Assembly (NCBI GenBank): GCA_021399345.1
Contig: JAAFKI010000094.1
Coordinates: forward strand, 32,001-96,000
Reading direction: 5' to 3'
Origin: Candidatus Heimdallarchaeota archaeon
GTDB taxonomy: Archaea; Asgardarchaeota; Heimdallarchaeia; Heimdallarchaeales; Heimdallarchaeaceae
Length of the DNA stretch: 64,000 bases
Shown: piece by piece, positions 18,787-29,051 of the stretch
Layout: each line of letters begins with the position of its first letter
Position numbering within the stretch: position 1 is the first letter of the stretch
Made by a program: the position numbers and the translations under genes
Notes under the pieces: generated by a model
What the model was told of the DNA's origin: nothing
What the model saw: the letters and a program-made list of their open reading frames with translations, nothing else
The model's database searches: none

Positions 18787-20076
18787 CTATTGTTTCACCA
18801 ATTTAACCATATGGCAACTACAAGAAATACATGGATCATATGCACGAGCAATCATTTCTAGTTGTAATTCTGTATCTGGGTTATCTTCAGCTAAAAGTTT
18901 ATCTGCAGCTGTTTTGATGAATTCTTCAACATCATCTAAGAACTGTGCAGTAGGAGTAATAATGTCTGCATGGACTATTTTATGATCCTTAATCTCATAA
19001 GAGTGGTACAAAGTTCCTCTTGGAGCTTCCACAGCAGCTGTTCCTTTACCATCCATTTCATAATCAGTTACAATTTCAGAATCTGGCAAAGCTTTGATTT
19101 GCTCTATCAATCCTGGTATTTGTTCAAAACACCAAAGTGCTTCTATTAATTGAGCCATATTGTTGTATATTGGATTAACTTTCCACTTGTCATTATAGTA
19201 TTTGTCAAACTTCTCTTTTGCTTCTCCAGTAAGTCTATCCCCAATGAGTATTAATCTGGCTAATGCACCAACAGTAAATGGTTTATCTTTGTATTTAGAT
19301 CTCTTAGCATAACTGTGTTCAACAACTCGCTCATTGGTCAGTTTTTTATAATCCTCAACAGGATATTTTTCCCCTGTTGAGATAAGAATTGTTTCTCCTT
19401 CAAAGCCAAATTTGCCATCAGCTGGGTTGCAGCACATGAATTGAGTTTCTCTTTCGCAATAATCAGGGATTGGTAATGTTCCCCAAACATCAATGAAAGC
19501 TGAAATCTTTTCCTTAAATTCAACTGCTTTTTCAGCAAAATAATCTAATTCTTCATCAGTTGGATTTCTTCCAAAACCGCCAATCAGAGCATTTTCTCCA
19601 TGGATTTTTCTTCCATGTAGAAGCTTCATCAACTCAGTTGCGTATTTCTTCATTACTACTGCTTCAACTACTGTGTCTGTGTGAGTAGGAAGCATTGCAA
19701 TAGCAGAAGCTTGTTTAAAGAAATCAGGTAGTGCAAGATAGTATACATGAAGCACATGGCTTTCTATAATTTCTGCATAATGCCAAAGATGTCTAAGTAA
19801 TTGAGTTTTTTCTGGAACTTTTACTTTGAGAGCTTTTTCAATCGCTCTAATTGAAGCATTTCTATGAGATACTGTACAAATTGCACAAATTCTAGCTACT
19901 AAAGAAATGTTTTCATGAATAGTTTTACCTCTAACAAGGGCTTCTATCATTCTTGGTCCCTCGAAAATATTCACAAGAACTTTGTCTACTTTTCCATCTT
20001 TTGAATAAACTTGAATTCCTCCATCCCCTTCAACTCTAGCTAATACATCTACACTAATTGTTTTTTCACCCATCAT
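18787..20076 (-). CDS. hydA: group 3b [NiFe]-hydrogenase (sulfhydrogenase) large/alpha subunit
   Basis: ARVEGDG, L1 RICAICTVSH, and L2 DPCISCSCH followed by a short cleavable tail. Confidence 0.93.
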   Translation of the reverse strand: MMGEKTISVDVLARVEGDGGIQVYSKDGKVDKVLVNIFEGPRMIEALVRGKTIHENISLVARICAICTVSHRNASIRAIEKALKVKVPEKTQLLRHLWHYAEIIESHVLHVYYLALPDFFKQASAIAMLPTHTDTVVEAVVMKKYATELMKLLHGRKIHGENALIGGFGRNPTDEELDYFAEKAVEFKEKISAFIDVWGTLPIPDYCERETQFMCCNPADGKFGFEGETILISTGEKYPVEDYKKLTNERVVEHSYAKRSKYKDKPFTVGALARLILIGDRLTGEAKEKFDKYYNDKWKVNPIYNNMAQLIEALWCFEQIPGLIEQIKALPDSEIVTDYEMDGKGTAAVEAPRGTLYHSYEIKDHKIVHADIITPTAQFLDDVEEFIKTAADKLLAEDNPDTELQLEMIARAYDPCISCSCHMVKLVKQ

Positions 20077-20867
20077 TTTTCACCCTTTAAAGCTAGCTCT
20101 GTAGCTTTACCTCCAAACATCATCAGCTTCCTTTTCGCATCTTCTTCAGTTAAACCAATTTCAACCAACTTCTCAATCATTGATTCAAAGTTTGCTCCTT
20201 CGTATGCTCCAAAGCATCCAACACAAGGAACTCCAAAGTTAGGACAACATGCATCACAACCTCCAGCTGTAACTGGACCTAAACAGAATTTTCCGTGTAA
20301 CAAGAAGCAATCATTTTCTTGGAATTTGCATTCAACGCATACAGGATAAGGATATTTAGTAGGTTTTAAGCCACTTATTAATTTAGTATATATTGGAATG
20401 AAATTTTCCTTGGCAATTGGACAACCTGGAATAGAATAATCGACTTCTATGAACTTATGGATAGGTTCTGCAGGTATTGGATTTCCAACTAATTCACTGA
20501 ATTCAGGAATCTTTCCATCTTTACCATATACAAGAAGCATCCTTTCTTTGAATTCTTTCTCGTTATCACCAAGATATTGAATTCCGCCATGAGTTGCACA
20601 GGTTCCAAGAGCTACAACAATGTCTGCCTTTTCTCTAATTTTTTTAAGTTCTGCAAGCTGTTTATCAGTGTTAATGCTGCCTTCAACAAGAGCAATATCT
20701 ACATGATCAACCTCTTGATGAGATTGAGCCATATGGAAGAATTTTATATCGGCACTTGTAAAGAAATCAACTAATTCGTCTTCCATGTGAAGAATAGCTA
20801 GTTGATCTCCAGCACAACCTGAAAATCCAAAAACTCCAACAACAGGTTTCTTTTCTCTTTGCCACAT
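20073..20867 (-). CDS. hydD: group 3b [NiFe]-hydrogenase small/delta subunit
   Basis: VEGS, GTCATHGG, IPGCP and C-terminal Cys clusters. The N-terminal motif is CAGD rather than CxxC. Confidence 0.92.
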   Translation of the reverse strand: MWQREKKPVVGVFGFSGCAGDQLAILHMEDELVDFFTSADIKFFHMAQSHQEVDHVDIALVEGSINTDKQLAELKKIREKADIVVALGTCATHGGIQYLGDNEKEFKERMLLVYGKDGKIPEFSELVGNPIPAEPIHKFIEVDYSIPGCPIAKENFIPIYTKLISGLKPTKYPYPVCVECKFQENDCFLLHGKFCLGPVTAGGCDACCPNFGVPCVGCFGAYEGANFESMIEKLVEIGLTEEDAKRKLMMFGGKATELALKGEK

Positions 20868-20868
20868 T

Positions 20869-21723
20869 TTAGATCAGCTCCTTTATATGCTGAACATCAT
20901 AAAATGTGAAGACTGGTCCTTCTAAACACGTATATCGACCGCCTATGGCGCAATGCCCACAATGCCCTTGTCCGCATTTCATCCTTCTTTCTAAAGTCAT
21001 CAAAATCTGGTCTTTTGGTATTTTCAGCTTAAGTAACTCTTGAATAACATATTTATACATGATTGGTGGTCCACAAATTATAGCTGTCGTTTTCTCGCTG
21101 ACTACTCTATCTGTAATCTTAGGGAATAATGTAGTTACAACACCTTCATGGTAAGGCCATTCTCCAGTATCATCTTTATCAACAGATAAATGGGATTCTA
21201 TGATCCCTCTTTGAGCCATAGCTATGATATCCTCTCTATATAACATATCAGCTGGACTTCTAGCGCCATTCAAGAAAAATACTTGATTAAATTCTTCTCT
21301 TCTGTCTTCTACGTAAAGAAGCACCGATCTTAATGGAATAGCTCCCAAACCACCTGAAATAATTATCAGATCTCTTCCCCTTAGACTCTCCATGTTAAAT
21401 CCATCTCCATAAGGACCTCGTAAATGGACTAAATCCCCTACTTTTAGTTTGAATAAAGCTTCTGTAAATGAACCTACTTTTCTCACTCCAAATTCAATGA
21501 AATCTGTTCTTGTTGGTGGGGAGGATATTGAAAATACTGCTTCACCAACACCTGGTAAAGACATAATTGCAAATTGTCCTGGTTTGTAATTTTCTTCCAC
21601 AATGCTTTCATCTAAGAATTTAAACTTGAAATATCTTGTATCTTCTGTTAAATCCTTCATAGCAAGAATTTTTGCTGGTTGTGTTACGTAAGAATGATCT
21701 CCTTCTCTAGTTGTTATTGCCAT
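20869..21723 (-). CDS. hydG: group 3b hydrogenase gamma subunit (FAD/NAD(P)-binding, 2Fe-2S)
   Basis: RGPYG, GGLGAIPLRS, CGPPIM and MKCGQGHCGHC...CLEGPVF. Confidence 0.92.
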   Translation of the reverse strand: MAITTREGDHSYVTQPAKILAMKDLTEDTRYFKFKFLDESIVEENYKPGQFAIMSLPGVGEAVFSISSPPTRTDFIEFGVRKVGSFTEALFKLKVGDLVHLRGPYGDGFNMESLRGRDLIIISGGLGAIPLRSVLLYVEDRREEFNQVFFLNGARSPADMLYREDIIAMAQRGIIESHLSVDKDDTGEWPYHEGVVTTLFPKITDRVVSEKTTAIICGPPIMYKYVIQELLKLKIPKDQILMTLERRMKCGQGHCGHCAIGGRYTCLEGPVFTFYDVQHIKELI

Positions 21724-22766
21724 TATTCACAAACCTCCTGATTTTCACATACTTCTTCATACAATGCTTTAGAAACTGTTATCACATTGATATCTACTGG
21801 ACAATAGGTTACACATCTTCCACATCCAACACAGCTTGGTTGTCCCCATCTCCCAATGTATTCTTTCAATTTGTGAGTGTAATATAATTTCAAACGAGAA
21901 GTTCTGTCTGGTCTGAAATCATGTCCACCTGCAACCATAGAATAACAAGGAAGTGTACAACTATCTAGAATTCTTTCTCTAAATCCATCTTCTGTGTTCA
22001 TACTTATTCTATCTTCAACATTGAAGCAATTACATGTTGGACATACTAGACTACATGTTCCACAAGATAGACATTTTTCGCCAAATTGATCCCATACTTT
22101 ACTATCGTAATTCAGATGAATTATGTCCGCTAAGTATTTGAACGAAGGTATTTCGCTCTTGAACATTTCTGACCTCTTTTGTTGCCATCTTACGTATTCC
22201 TGAATCTCTTCTTCTGAAATTTCTTCAGTTAGAATGTCTTCATTTTCGATTGCAATACTAAGACCTTTATCTGATCCTACCCACACAAGATAATGGTCAG
22301 CTAATTCAGTAAAGAACAAATCAAAACCGTCCTCTACCATATCAGTACCTGTTGATTGACAAATGCAATTTTCATCAGGTAAGCACGAATGACCTATTAT
22401 TATCAGATTATTTCTTCGTTTTTCGTAATATGGATCTTTAATGTTCCCTAGGAATAATCTATCCAAGATTTTAATTCCATGAATATCACAGGGATGTACT
22501 CCAATAACTATTTGAGTTTCATCACTGACAAACACATCAGTTTGACCAGACTTATCATAACGAAGAGTTTGATATCTAGGTGGTGTAAGGAATTTTTTTG
22601 GACCTATTACTGTCCTTTGATAATCGAAATCAAGATCTTCAAATTTCTCGATTTCTTCAAAGGAATATTTCCCGTTTCCCTTTACTGGTCCATAGAGCTG
22701 CCCTTTAGTTTTTATTTTCTCAATGAACTCTGGAAACCTATCCTTAGACATCTTATAAGTTTTCAT
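21723..22766 (-). CDS. hydB: group 3b hydrogenase beta subunit (Fe-S)
   Basis: GVHPCD, CLSCGTCSLVCPTCNC and CVGCGRCVTYCP. Start placed at ATG 22766 (MKTYK) because the track's extra 56 aa run through AT-rich promoter DNA. Confidence 0.9.
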   Translation of the reverse strand: MKTYKMSKDRFPEFIEKIKTKGQLYGPVKGNGKYSFEEIEKFEDLDFDYQRTVIGPKKFLTPPRYQTLRYDKSGQTDVFVSDETQIVIGVHPCDIHGIKILDRLFLGNIKDPYYEKRRNNLIIIGHSCLPDENCICQSTGTDMVEDGFDLFFTELADHYLVWVGSDKGLSIAIENEDILTEEISEEEIQEYVRWQQKRSEMFKSEIPSFKYLADIIHLNYDSKVWDQFGEKCLSCGTCSLVCPTCNCFNVEDRISMNTEDGFRERILDSCTLPCYSMVAGGHDFRPDRTSRLKLYYTHKLKEYIGRWGQPSCVGCGRCVTYCPVDINVITVSKALYEEVCENQEVCE

Positions 22767-23262
22767 GTCAAGAGAATTTTTAAAATTATACTTATAAGGT
22801 AATCTATAGGGATATCTTCTGAAAATGGAGAATTTTAGAGAGATGCAATAAAGTAATTTTGAGTTTAACTCCAAGATTTTTGATATTTGCAAAATTTTCA
22901 AAAAAGTACTTATCTGTGTGAATTTTTGACACATAAATTAATACAAAACTTAGTTATTAGTTGTTTGAAATATGTATTAACAATATGTATGATACCTTGT
23001 ACAATTAGTTTAAAACTACCTTTAACAGCCTATAAGTAACAACAAATGTTTGTTTAATTATTCAAACGTTTTATTTGTAAGAAAAACTTATAACACATTA
23101 TATAGATGATTTATTAATAAAACATTGATAAAATGCTTGAAAGAGCATCCTATACCCACTTTATAATACAAGTCACCTTTGTATTATAAGCCCTATAATT
23201 TCTTTGTTCCTTTGTTACTTCATTAGATTTACTAACCTCTATTACCTCCTAAAGGTGAATAA
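22767..23262. promoter_or_regulatory. divergent promoter region shared by the two hydrogenase operons
   Basis: About 500 bp of very AT-rich non-coding DNA with several TATA-like boxes, palindrome AACAAA-TG-TTTGTT at 23041-23054, and GGTGA SD before mvhG. Confidence 0.6.
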
Positions 23263-24276
23263 ATGAATAAAAAAGAAATTGAAGAGAATAATAGTTCTAA
23301 TAGTAATAGCAAGTTACAGATAGCATTTTATTGGGCTGCCAGTTGTGGTGGTTGTGAAATCGCTGTACTAGATATAAATGAAAAAATCTTGGATGTTGTT
23401 GCTCTTGCGGACATTCTTTTTTGGCCTGTAGCGTTAGATTTCAAGTATAAAGATGTTGAAGAAATGAAAGATAATCAGATAGATGTCTGTTTCTTCAACG
23501 GATCAGTTAGAACTTCTGAACAAAAATATCTAGCAGAATTACTTAGAAAAAAATCTAAGACTATGGTAGCTTTTGGTTCGTGTGCTGTTGCAGGAGGTAT
23601 TCCAGGTCTAGCTAATTTAACAAGTCGTGAGGAAATATTTCGTGTTGCTTACCTTGAGAATCCTTCTACCGCTAATCCTCAAGGAACCGTACCTAAAACT
23701 GAAGTTGAAGTAAAAGAAGGGATTTTGACTCTTCCTGAATTTTACGATGAGGTTAGGAGTCTCAACCAAGTTATTGATGTTGATTATTATTTGCCGGGGT
23801 GTCCTCCTCATCCTGATTTGATTATGACAGCTATTGAAGCTATAGTAGAAAACAATCTTCCTGAAAAAGGTTCAGTAATTGGGCCATTAAAATCTGTTTG
23901 TGATGAATGTAGATTTGAAAAATCAGAGAAGAAAATAGATTCCATTAAAAGAATTTACGAGCTTGAAACAATAGAAGATAAGTGTCTTCTAGAGCAAGGA
24001 ATTATTTGTTTAGGACCTGCTACACGTGGGGGGTGTGGTGCACAATGTCTAGATGCTAATATGCCCTGTACTGGATGTGGAGGACCAGCTCCTAATTCTA
24101 TTGATCAAGGTGCAAGTATGATGTCTGCTTTGGCTTCTATACTTGGACTAGAAGGAGAAGAGGAAATGAAAGAAGAAGAAGTAGAGAAGCTAATTGAACA
24201 AATAGTAGACCCAGTTGGTACTTTTTACAAATATGGCTTACCAACTGCTATAATCAATAGGAAGGCGAAAGAATGA
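23263..24276 (+). CDS. mvhG: group 3c [NiFe]-hydrogenase small subunit
   Basis: WAASCGGCE, FGSCAVAGG, LPGCPP and DPVGTFY. Confidence 0.93.
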   Translation: MNKKEIEENNSSNSNSKLQIAFYWAASCGGCEIAVLDINEKILDVVALADILFWPVALDFKYKDVEEMKDNQIDVCFFNGSVRTSEQKYLAELLRKKSKTMVAFGSCAVAGGIPGLANLTSREEIFRVAYLENPSTANPQGTVPKTEVEVKEGILTLPEFYDEVRSLNQVIDVDYYLPGCPPHPDLIMTAIEAIVENNLPEKGSVIGPLKSVCDECRFEKSEKKIDSIKRIYELETIEDKCLLEQGIICLGPATRGGCGAQCLDANMPCTGCGGPAPNSIDQGASMMSALASILGLEGEEEMKEEEVEKLIEQIVDPVGTFYKYGLPTAIINRKAKE

Positions 24277-25742
24277 CAAAAACTATTACAATTGATCCAG
24301 TAACAAGATTAGAGGGACACGGAAAGATAGTTATTTTTCTTACAGAAGAAGGAGATGTTGATAATGTTTATCTACAAATACCTGAGTTAAGAGGATTTGA
24401 ACGTTTTTCACAAGGAAGAAGAGCAGAAGACATGCCACAAATAACCTCTAGAATATGTGGTGTTTGTCCAGTAGCTCATCATTTCGCTTCAGCAAAAGCA
24501 TTAGATAGGGCTTTCAATGTCGACCCTCCTCCAGTTGCTAAAAAACTCAGAGAATTAATGTATTGTGGATATTTTATTTATGATCACATATTGCATTTTT
24601 ACTATTTAGGAGGGCCAGATTTTGTTGTAGGTCCAACTGCTCCAGCTGCTAAGAGAAACATATTAGGAGTCATTGAAAAAGCTGGAATTGAAATTGGGAA
24701 AGAAGTTATTAAACACAGAGCTTATGGACAAAAAATTACTGCTATCTTAGGTGGTAAAGCAACTCACCCAGTCTGTGGTTTGCCTGGAGGTGTATCTAAA
24801 TCACTTTCTTCAGATGAAGTTGCGGAAATCAAAACTATGGTCAAATCTTGTGTAGACTTTGCTCAATTCTCACTGAAACTCTTTGATGATATCGTTCTCA
24901 AAAATGAGGATTATGTTAATCTCATTCTAAGTGATCCTTATACTTTGAAGACTTACAACATGGGTTTGGTAGACGAAAACAACAAAGTAAATTTCTATGA
25001 TGGATTAATTCGTGTAACTGATACTCAAGGAAAAGAGTTTCTCAAATTTGATGTCAATGACTATTTCCAACATATAGACGAACATGTTGAAGAATGGAGT
25101 TATATTAAATTTCCATATCTGAAAAAGATTGGTTGGAATGGTTTCACTGATGGTCAAGAAAGCGGTGTTTATAGAGTAGGACCACTTGGAAGGTTAAATG
25201 CAGCAGATGGAATGGCAACTCCTTTAGCAGAAGCAGAAAACAAAAGGATGTATGAAACTCTAGGAGGAAAACCTATCAATTCTACATTAGCTTTTCATTG
25301 GGCAAGACTAATAGAACTATTATATGCAACAGAAAGAGCTCAAGAGCTGATAAATGAACCAGATATCACTTCCAAAAAAATCAGGAACCCAGTTGGACAA
25401 CCTGGTGAAGGAATAGGAGTAACTGAAGCAGCTCGGGGAACACTTATTCATCATTATAAGCTAGATGAGAAGGCTTTAATCGAAAAAGTAAATCTAGTTG
25501 TAGCTACAACTAATAATGCTGCAGCAATTAGTATGTCTATCAGAGAAGCTGCTAAAGGACTTATCAAGAAAGGGGTAGTCAATGATGGATTACTCAATAT
25601 GGTAGAAATGGCATTTAGGGCATATGATCCTTGTTTTGCATGTGCTACGCATTCACTTCCAGGTCAAATGCCTTTGGAAGTACAGATTTATTCACATGAA
25701 AAAAAATTACTCAAAACCATAAGGAGAGAAGATTCAAAATGA
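24273..25742 (+). CDS. mvhA: group 3c [NiFe]-hydrogenase large subunit
   Basis: TRLEGHG, L1 RICGVCPVAH, and L2 DPCFACATH followed by a SLPGQMPL extension. Confidence 0.94.
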   Translation: MTKTITIDPVTRLEGHGKIVIFLTEEGDVDNVYLQIPELRGFERFSQGRRAEDMPQITSRICGVCPVAHHFASAKALDRAFNVDPPPVAKKLRELMYCGYFIYDHILHFYYLGGPDFVVGPTAPAAKRNILGVIEKAGIEIGKEVIKHRAYGQKITAILGGKATHPVCGLPGGVSKSLSSDEVAEIKTMVKSCVDFAQFSLKLFDDIVLKNEDYVNLILSDPYTLKTYNMGLVDENNKVNFYDGLIRVTDTQGKEFLKFDVNDYFQHIDEHVEEWSYIKFPYLKKIGWNGFTDGQESGVYRVGPLGRLNAADGMATPLAEAENKRMYETLGGKPINSTLAFHWARLIELLYATERAQELINEPDITSKKIRNPVGQPGEGIGVTEAARGTLIHHYKLDEKALIEKVNLVVATTNNAAAISMSIREAAKGLIKKGVVNDGLLNMVEMAFRAYDPCFACATHSLPGQMPLEVQIYSHEKKLLKTIRREDSK

Positions 25743-26191
25743 CCGCAACTGAAACAAAAACTGAAATGGAGGAGTTTGAACCTAATATAATAGGTTTCTT
25801 ATGTAATTGGTGCAGTTATGCTGGAGCTGATTTAGCTGGAACCAGCAGGATACAATATCCCCCCAACATTAAGATTATCAAAGTGATGTGTTCTGGAAGA
25901 GTAAATCCAATGTATGTTGTTAATGCTCTTCAACAAGGAGCTGATGGTGTTTTAATCGGAGGTTGTCATCCTGGTGATTGTCATTATCAACATGGCAACT
26001 TGTTAGCTAGACGACGAATGGCAATTCTGAAGAATCTTCTGGAATTCATTGGGATAGATTCGAGGAGGGTTCGAATGACCTGGGTTAGCGCAGCTGAAGG
26101 TAGGAAATTTGCTGAAGTAATTAAAGAAGTTACTGAGGAGATAAAAAAGATTGGTCCAATGAAAGATATTCAGAGGGTGAATGAATGGTAG
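25739..26191 (+). CDS. mvhD: MvhD/FlxD [2Fe-2S] subunit
   Basis: FLCNWCSYAGADLAG, MCSGRV and GCHPGDCHY. Confidence 0.93.
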   Translation: MTATETKTEMEEFEPNIIGFLCNWCSYAGADLAGTSRIQYPPNIKIIKVMCSGRVNPMYVVNALQQGADGVLIGGCHPGDCHYQHGNLLARRRMAILKNLLEFIGIDSRRVRMTWVSAAEGRKFAEVIKEVTEEIKKIGPMKDIQRVNEW

Positions 26192-27168
26192 ATCAGCAAC
26201 TGCTTATAGAGGAAGTTAAGAAAGTTGTATCACGTGATGATGTTAAATATGTTATTGGCTATAAGAAAGGAACATCTGGTTTTGCAATAAGTCCAGCATT
26301 TGCTTATTCCACTGAATATGCAGATAAATTCATCTTTAACCCCTTATGCAAAAAGAATCTTGCTGCTTATCCCCTCTTAGAAGATAAACTTCCTTTGAAA
26401 CGAGGAGAAGAAGAGGATAAAAGAAAGATAGGCATTGTTGTAAAAGGGTGTGACTCTCGAGCATTGGTTCAGATTATCCAAGAGAAAGGTCTTAAACGTG
26501 AGGACTTAGTTATTATTGGCATTCCGTGTTCAGGTATTATTGATCACAAGAAAATTACAGCAAAATTCCCCAATGAAACATCTTATTCTGCGATAGAAGA
26601 AGAGCAAGGATTTTATAAAATTACTATTAATGGAGAAGTTCATGAAATTGCTAAAGAGGAACTGTTAGCCGATTACTGTACTAGTTGTATTGCTCCTAAT
26701 CCTGTAATTTATGATGTACTTATCGGGGAAGAGGTTGAACCTTGGAATTTAGAAGAGCATAAGAATCTTGATGTTCTAGAAGAAAAAGATGTTGGAGAGA
26801 GATGGGAATACTGGAAAGAACACTTTGATAGATGTATTCGATGCTATGCCTGTAGAGAAGCATGCCCATTGTGTTATTGTAAGGAATGTATGGCTGATCT
26901 TCTTAATCCTCAGTGGATTAGACGATCTGTAAATCTATCAGAAAATACTGCATGGAATATTATGCGAGCATATCATCTAGCAGGACGTTGCGTAGGGTGT
27001 GGAGAGTGTGAATCTGTTTGTCCTGTAAACATCCCTCTTATGGAACTAAACAAAGAGATTGAGAAAGACGTGAAAAATATGTTTGAATATTCTGCAGGTA
27101 TGGACTTGGAAGAAAAACCGTTGTTTGGTACCTTCCGACCTGATGATCCCGAGGAGTTTATTATGTGA
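26185..27168 (+). CDS. flxC: FlxC-like Fe-S protein
   Basis: KGCDSR, CIRCYACREACPLCYC, and HLAGRCVGCGECESVCP. Position fits flxDCBA order. Confidence 0.8.
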   Translation: MVDQQLLIEEVKKVVSRDDVKYVIGYKKGTSGFAISPAFAYSTEYADKFIFNPLCKKNLAAYPLLEDKLPLKRGEEEDKRKIGIVVKGCDSRALVQIIQEKGLKREDLVIIGIPCSGIIDHKKITAKFPNETSYSAIEEEQGFYKITINGEVHEIAKEELLADYCTSCIAPNPVIYDVLIGEEVEPWNLEEHKNLDVLEEKDVGERWEYWKEHFDRCIRCYACREACPLCYCKECMADLLNPQWIRRSVNLSENTAWNIMRAYHLAGRCVGCGECESVCPVNIPLMELNKEIEKDVKNMFEYSAGMDLEEKPLFGTFRPDDPEEFIM

Positions 27169-27174
27169 GGTGTT

Positions 27175-28206
27175 ATGATGGAAACATTAATTTTACAAAA
27201 AGACAAACTTACTAAACTGATTGAGAAACTCTCTTCCAGTCATGTTCTATATGGTCCTATTGAAGAAAATGGATTTTCATTGTTCAAGCAAATTAGGGAT
27301 TTCAAGGAACTAAACCTAAAATATCTTCTAACACGTGTCCCTCCAAAATCTCTTATCTTCAAACAGACAGAGACTCTATTCAAGTTTATACCAGGGAGAA
27401 AAGGCACAGTCACTTCGTCAGAAATAAATGAAGAGAAGAGTATAATTTTTGCAATTAGACCTTGTGATGCGCGTAGTTTTAAAATACTTGATCCAGTTTT
27501 CGAAGGGAATTTTGAAGATCCATTTTACATTTCAAAAAGGAAAAATACTGTTCTAATTGGATTAACTTGTAACTCTCCAGAGAAGAATTGTTTCTGCACT
27601 TCATTTGATGATAGTCCCGGTTCAACTGAAAATGTTGACATTCTTTTTACAGATTTAGATGATAAGTTCTTTGTAGAAGTAGTTACAGAAAAGGGTAAAA
27701 ATCTGATAAAATCAATAGAAGATGTATTTGAAAAATCTACAAAAAATGATGAAGATTCAAAGAGAAATATTGTGACCAATTCTGTTGAAAGTATCACAAG
27801 AAAAATGGATCTTGATGGATTAGTCCCTAAACTTGATAAGATGTTTGATCACGAATTATGGCATAATACTGCCCAAAAATGTATTGGATGTGGAATCTGT
27901 ACTTATTTGTGTCCGACATGTCATTGTTTTGATATGCAAGATGAATCTTCTCTGAGAGAAGGAGCAAGAATTCGTGTATGGGATTCGTGTATGTATCCTG
28001 AATACACTCATCATGCCTCAGGACACAATCCAAGAGCAATAAGAATGAGCAGAGTAAGAAATAGGGTTTATCACAAGTTCAGTTATTTCCCTAAGAATGA
28101 AGATATCACGGCTTGTACGGGTTGTGGGAGATGTATTGATTATTGTCCTGTAAATATTGATATAATTGATGTAATAGAAAAAGTGGGGGTCATAGCAAAT
28201 GAGTAA
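27175..28206 (+). CDS. flxB: FlxB-like (AsrA-like) Fe-S protein
   Basis: RPCDA, CFCTS, CIGCGICTYLCPTCHCF, WDSC and CTGCGRCIDYCP. Confidence 0.82.
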   Translation: MMETLILQKDKLTKLIEKLSSSHVLYGPIEENGFSLFKQIRDFKELNLKYLLTRVPPKSLIFKQTETLFKFIPGRKGTVTSSEINEEKSIIFAIRPCDARSFKILDPVFEGNFEDPFYISKRKNTVLIGLTCNSPEKNCFCTSFDDSPGSTENVDILFTDLDDKFFVEVVTEKGKNLIKSIEDVFEKSTKNDEDSKRNIVTNSVESITRKMDLDGLVPKLDKMFDHELWHNTAQKCIGCGICTYLCPTCHCFDMQDESSLREGARIRVWDSCMYPEYTHHASGHNPRAIRMSRVRNRVYHKFSYFPKNEDITACTGCGRCIDYCPVNIDIIDVIEKVGVIANE

Positions 28207-29038
28207 AAACCCATATAGTCCATGGTTAGCTACAATTTCTGGAATTAAACAAGAAGCTGTTGGTGAGAGACCTATTAAGACTTTCAAATTAGTTTTGGAA
28301 GACGAAGAAATAAGGAATAATTTCTCTTTTATTCCAGGTCAGTGTATTATGGTTAGTCTTTTTGGCACTGGTGAATGTTTCTTTGCTATTTCTTCTTCAC
28401 CAACTCAAAAGGAATACATAGAAGTGAGCGTTCTAAAATTGGGTAAAGTAACAACTGAGTTGCACCAATATGAACCTGGAGATTCAGTAGGATTGAGAGG
28501 TCCTTATGGTAATCACTTCAATGTGAAAGAGTGGGAAGGAAAGAATTTGTTATTTATTGGAGGAGGAATCGGTCAAGCTCCACTTCGTTCAATAATTAAT
28601 TTCGCTCTAGATAAACGAGAAAAATATGCAAATTTAGACATTATTTATGGAGCGAGAAGTACAAATGATTTGTGCTATAAAGAAGAATTCGCAGAATTAG
28701 GAAAGAGAGATGATGTAAATATCCATCTATCTATAGATGTTGAAGAAGAGGGGTGGAATGAATATGTTGGATTTGTTCCTGATAATCTAAAAAGATTGAA
28801 TCCAACTCCAGACAATACTATAGCGATAACGTGCGGACCTCCAATAATGATCAAATATGTAATTCAGAATTTAGAGGATCTTGGATTTGAAGATGACCAA
28901 ATTTTCACGACTCTAGAAATGAGAATGAAATGTGGAATAGGCATTTGTGGAAGATGTAACATAGGCAATCTCTATGTTTGTAAAGATGGTCCAGTATTTT
29001 CATATGGACAACTGAGAAATCTAGAAGGAGATATGTGA
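28199..29038 (+). CDS. flxA: FlxA-like FAD/NAD-binding oxidoreductase (AsrB-like)
   Basis: RGPYGN, GGGIGQAPLRS, TCGPPIM and MKCGIGICGRCNIG..VCKDGPVF. Confidence 0.85.
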   Translation: MSKNPYSPWLATISGIKQEAVGERPIKTFKLVLEDEEIRNNFSFIPGQCIMVSLFGTGECFFAISSSPTQKEYIEVSVLKLGKVTTELHQYEPGDSVGLRGPYGNHFNVKEWEGKNLLFIGGGIGQAPLRSIINFALDKREKYANLDIIYGARSTNDLCYKEEFAELGKRDDVNIHLSIDVEEEGWNEYVGFVPDNLKRLNPTPDNTIAITCGPPIMIKYVIQNLEDLGFEDDQIFTTLEMRMKCGIGICGRCNIGNLYVCKDGPVFSYGQLRNLEGDM

Positions 29039-29051
29039 AGGTGGTATAATA

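Noticed and set aside
22767-22934. 56-aa N-terminal extension of HydB in the ORF track
   Set aside because: It is low-complexity AT-rich sequence in the promoter region, and homology-like sequence begins at ATG 22766.
23008-23016. GTT-N3-AAC (SurR-like site) in the hydrogenase divergent promoter
   Set aside because: It is a single short match in very AT-rich DNA without the extended N5-GTT part, so chance cannot be excluded.
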